From: Kudoa neothunni
Taxonomy: Eukaryota; Animalia; Cnidaria
DNA: 64,000 nucleotides
NCBI GenBank assembly: GCA_964304625.1
Contig: OZ199838.1
Coordinates: 15,678,581-15,742,580, forward strand
Direction of reading: 5' to 3'
In this document: one piece after another, positions 61,151-64,000 of the stretch
Position numbering within the stretch: position 1 is the stretch's first letter
Layout: each line of letters starts with the position of its first letter
Translations under genes and position numbers: made by a program
The notes under the pieces: model-generated
The model's input: only the letters and a program-made list of their open reading frames with translations
Database searches by the model: none
Told to the model about the DNA's origin: nothing

Positions 61151-64000
61151 TTCTAGATAGCAACACTTCGTCGAAGTATTATGATATATTAATCATCCTT
61201 ATGAATATATTGATAAACGGATTAAATTAAAAGATTGTTTGAGTTATCATCTTATTGGCCTCAGTACTAAATAGAATATCAATACAAGATCATTCCCAAA
61301 TGTTTTAAAATTGGCTATCGAGACTTTTTGAAAACCATATTGGGGATTATTTGTACAAGTCACAAAATCGGAGTAATGCAAGTGATTTAGTTATTCATTA
61401 TGCATCTAGTTTATGGTGAATATTTTAACTTATTTATTAAAAAACAGACGCAAAATTTTATATGTAGGGAAATATTGATTAGAAAATGTTCATTAAAAAT
61501 TAATAAAATGAATCTCGATAGAGTAATAATGTGGGATTGGGCATCAAAAAAACATCCTTTTGCGCTGTGTAATTCTGTCTATTCTTTTCTGAATGTTTAT
61601 AATAAAATAAATTAAAATTTATAATTAAGATTCAGCTAATTATGATGACTTCTGATTTTGCTACCAAATCCCGAGTACATCACAGCACTGTGGACAGTGG
61701 ACACACGTGAAATTTTCGTTAAATTTCCAAAAACCAATGAAACCACACATTGTGGCCCATATATTAGCTTTTAAGCTTGCTGGATGTCTTATAAACATTT
61801 TTAGTATTATTTCGTTCCCAAAATTATATAACTCGACCGTTCAATACGTTTTACACATCTTATTTTAAATTATGTCCTCTAACACTTTTTATAAATCTAA
61901 AAAAGAACTTTTTAAAAGAGTAATTGATTCAATTAATACTATTTTAGTTTATATATTTTTTGGTGATTTTCTTATAATTAAACAAAAAGTTATTATCATT
62001 TTATCATTAAAATATTTTTCTTTAAATTTTTATGATGAGAATGTTTCATTTTATGAATTCACTACAATTTTTATTTGTGGAAAAAATTTCGTTAAATGAA
62101 CTTTTGAATAATCGTCTTTTAAGAGATCTAATTTTACAATATAAGATGCCATAAAAACCAAATTTTGGTATAAAAGTACCTTAAATACTATATATGTTTA
62201 ATCTAAACTTTTTGATACATACATTATTTTTATTTTTTGGATTTTATTTTTTTAAGAATTTGACAGTAAACTATTATATCAAAAGTATTCTATGTTGTAA
62301 AGTATCTAAACTATATATAAACACGCTTCTAAAGGTTAATGAAAGGAATTGATTAACTTTTTAAATTGTTCTAACAGAGTTTTCGATGCAGAATTTCTTG
62401 ACATCGTGCTAGTTGGGCATTTTACACTAGTATGTATATAATAGATGTATATTGTTTTAGGTTATCTCCAAAAAATTTCAGTTGATCCCCTCAGTCTCGA
62501 AATTGTGGAATTCTTGAGTATCGAGACGAGTCGACACACGAATTTTTAACCCCCTAATTGAGACCATAAGTTCAAACGTAAAACTTTCTTGCATTAGAAA
62601 CCATATTGATTAACATATATTAAAGAAATTGAGTTTCAATTAATTTTCTGACGCATGAATTAACAATTTAATATGGAAATATATCTTTGGATCAATTTTC
62701 AATTACTTGAAATTATTGATTACGACAGAATTAAATTAATCTTAATCAATCACAATATTGTTGATTGATATTTTGTAAAAATTAATTATTCGAAATCCCT
62801 GACCCAAGTCAAGTTAAAAAAAATACAATGGGAATCTACAACCAGAAGTTGCCGCGGTCTTATGGAGCCAAATTGATTGGTTTTATATAATTATGAGGAT
62901 TTAAAATATATCACGACCTTATCGTTTAAATCCAACATTGAAAATGTTTCAGATTTTTATAATCAATTAGTTTCATATTTTAATGAATGAAAACGGCCAA
63001 AACACCAAGTAATCTTCATGCATCTATATTTGAAAGAATTCTCTATAAAAATTGATTTTTACATTTTTATACGTAAATAATACATCAGGTATATCTAATG
63101 AAGATGATGACATATGCATCACTTCAAAAAATGAAATTAACTTATCAAGCCGAAGAGAAATTTTCAGACATCGACTATTATGATTTCAAATTGTTACCAT
63201 ATCCCCTATACACGTTAAAAAAATTAAATTTCATATCAAAAAATGCAAAGAAATTTGGAAATATCTCGAATCAAGAAATTAACTCAACCAAAATTTTCTA
63301 ATATTTAAGATTTATGCCCAAATAAATAAATAAATAAAATTTTTATTGAAAGTCGGTTGTTTATAGCGTTGGCCATTTATTTATTTTATGATAATTTATT
63401 CGCAAGGTCATTATATCCATTTATTGAAAAGGTAGCGTTCAGTATATACACGTTTATCAATCTTATGACGTCATTATTAAATGCGATTAACTTATTGTAT
63501 TAACGTATAAACCTCTTATATTGTTTACCAATACCACCTCGTTTCGCTCGTTTGGTGAATAGACAGACGCGCGGCACGGAGTATTTGACAGGGATCCCCA
63601 TTTTTGAAAACCCGCTCGATTATTATAGGGGAAATGGAAGTATGAAAACTTAAAAAAATTGAAAAGTAGGTTCTGTCAAGGTCTCCCAGAACAGAAGCTC
63701 GAGTTCTGGAAAGGCTTTCTCTTATAACAGGAAAATTCCGAATAAAAATCGCTATTGGTTAAATGTCGATACGTTATCAAAGCTTACATTGTACTCCGAC
63801 ACAACGGGTTTACAAGAACAACTATTATTCCCACGTATTATTAATATATAATGAGAAACTGATTATCACTATTGAATATTAATTTGCCCGTTTTTAATTT
63901 GCAGTAACAAGTTTCTTTATTGTTTTTAGCTTGCTGGTGTTCGACAGTTTTTGAATTTAATAAACTCCTATTCGTGTGAACAAACATGAACGAATTTGCC

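Noticed and set aside
63500-64000. Helitron-like element start (CGTTTCGCTCG, GC-rich patch)
   Set aside because: Single truncated instance at the window edge; no 3' hairpin/CTAG end or second copy visible.

Overview
Eukaryotic, animal-type, very AT-rich and gene-dense DNA. Most GT-AG introns are only about 35-70 nt, so the ORF track fragments or misses most genes. Hand-splicing recovers RCC1 (-), FAM32A (+), a divergent kappaB-Ras/NKIRAS GTPase (+), an orphan single-TM gene (-), MRT4 (+), SF1/BBP (+), ELAV/Hu (-), RFX1/2/3-like (+), SMC3 (+, with three reading-frame problems), a GT31 beta-1,3-glycosyltransferase (+), GRWD1 (-) and RPL7A (+). The compact layout and fast-evolving proteins suggest a reduced or parasitic invertebrate such as a myxozoan or orthonectid; this is inference only. 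Intergenic DNA holds decayed hAT, pogo/Tigger, MULE and piggyBac transposons and MITEs, plus a tRNA-derived SINE with a perfect 12-bp TSD. Best candidates for something undescribed: (1) an intact 3-exon, 340-aa gene at 9683-10965 that looks like a catalytically dead, domesticated IS630/Tc1 transposase behind a cluster of RFX X-box-like sites; (2) a ~250-nt structured RNA candidate downstream of GRWD1; (3) a 136-bp TG..CA element carrying a tRNA-like sequence, nested in a MITE; (4) an 86-bp MRT4-SF1 spacer that could be an operon/trans-splice junction. All family calls come from motif recognition by eye; no database search was run.
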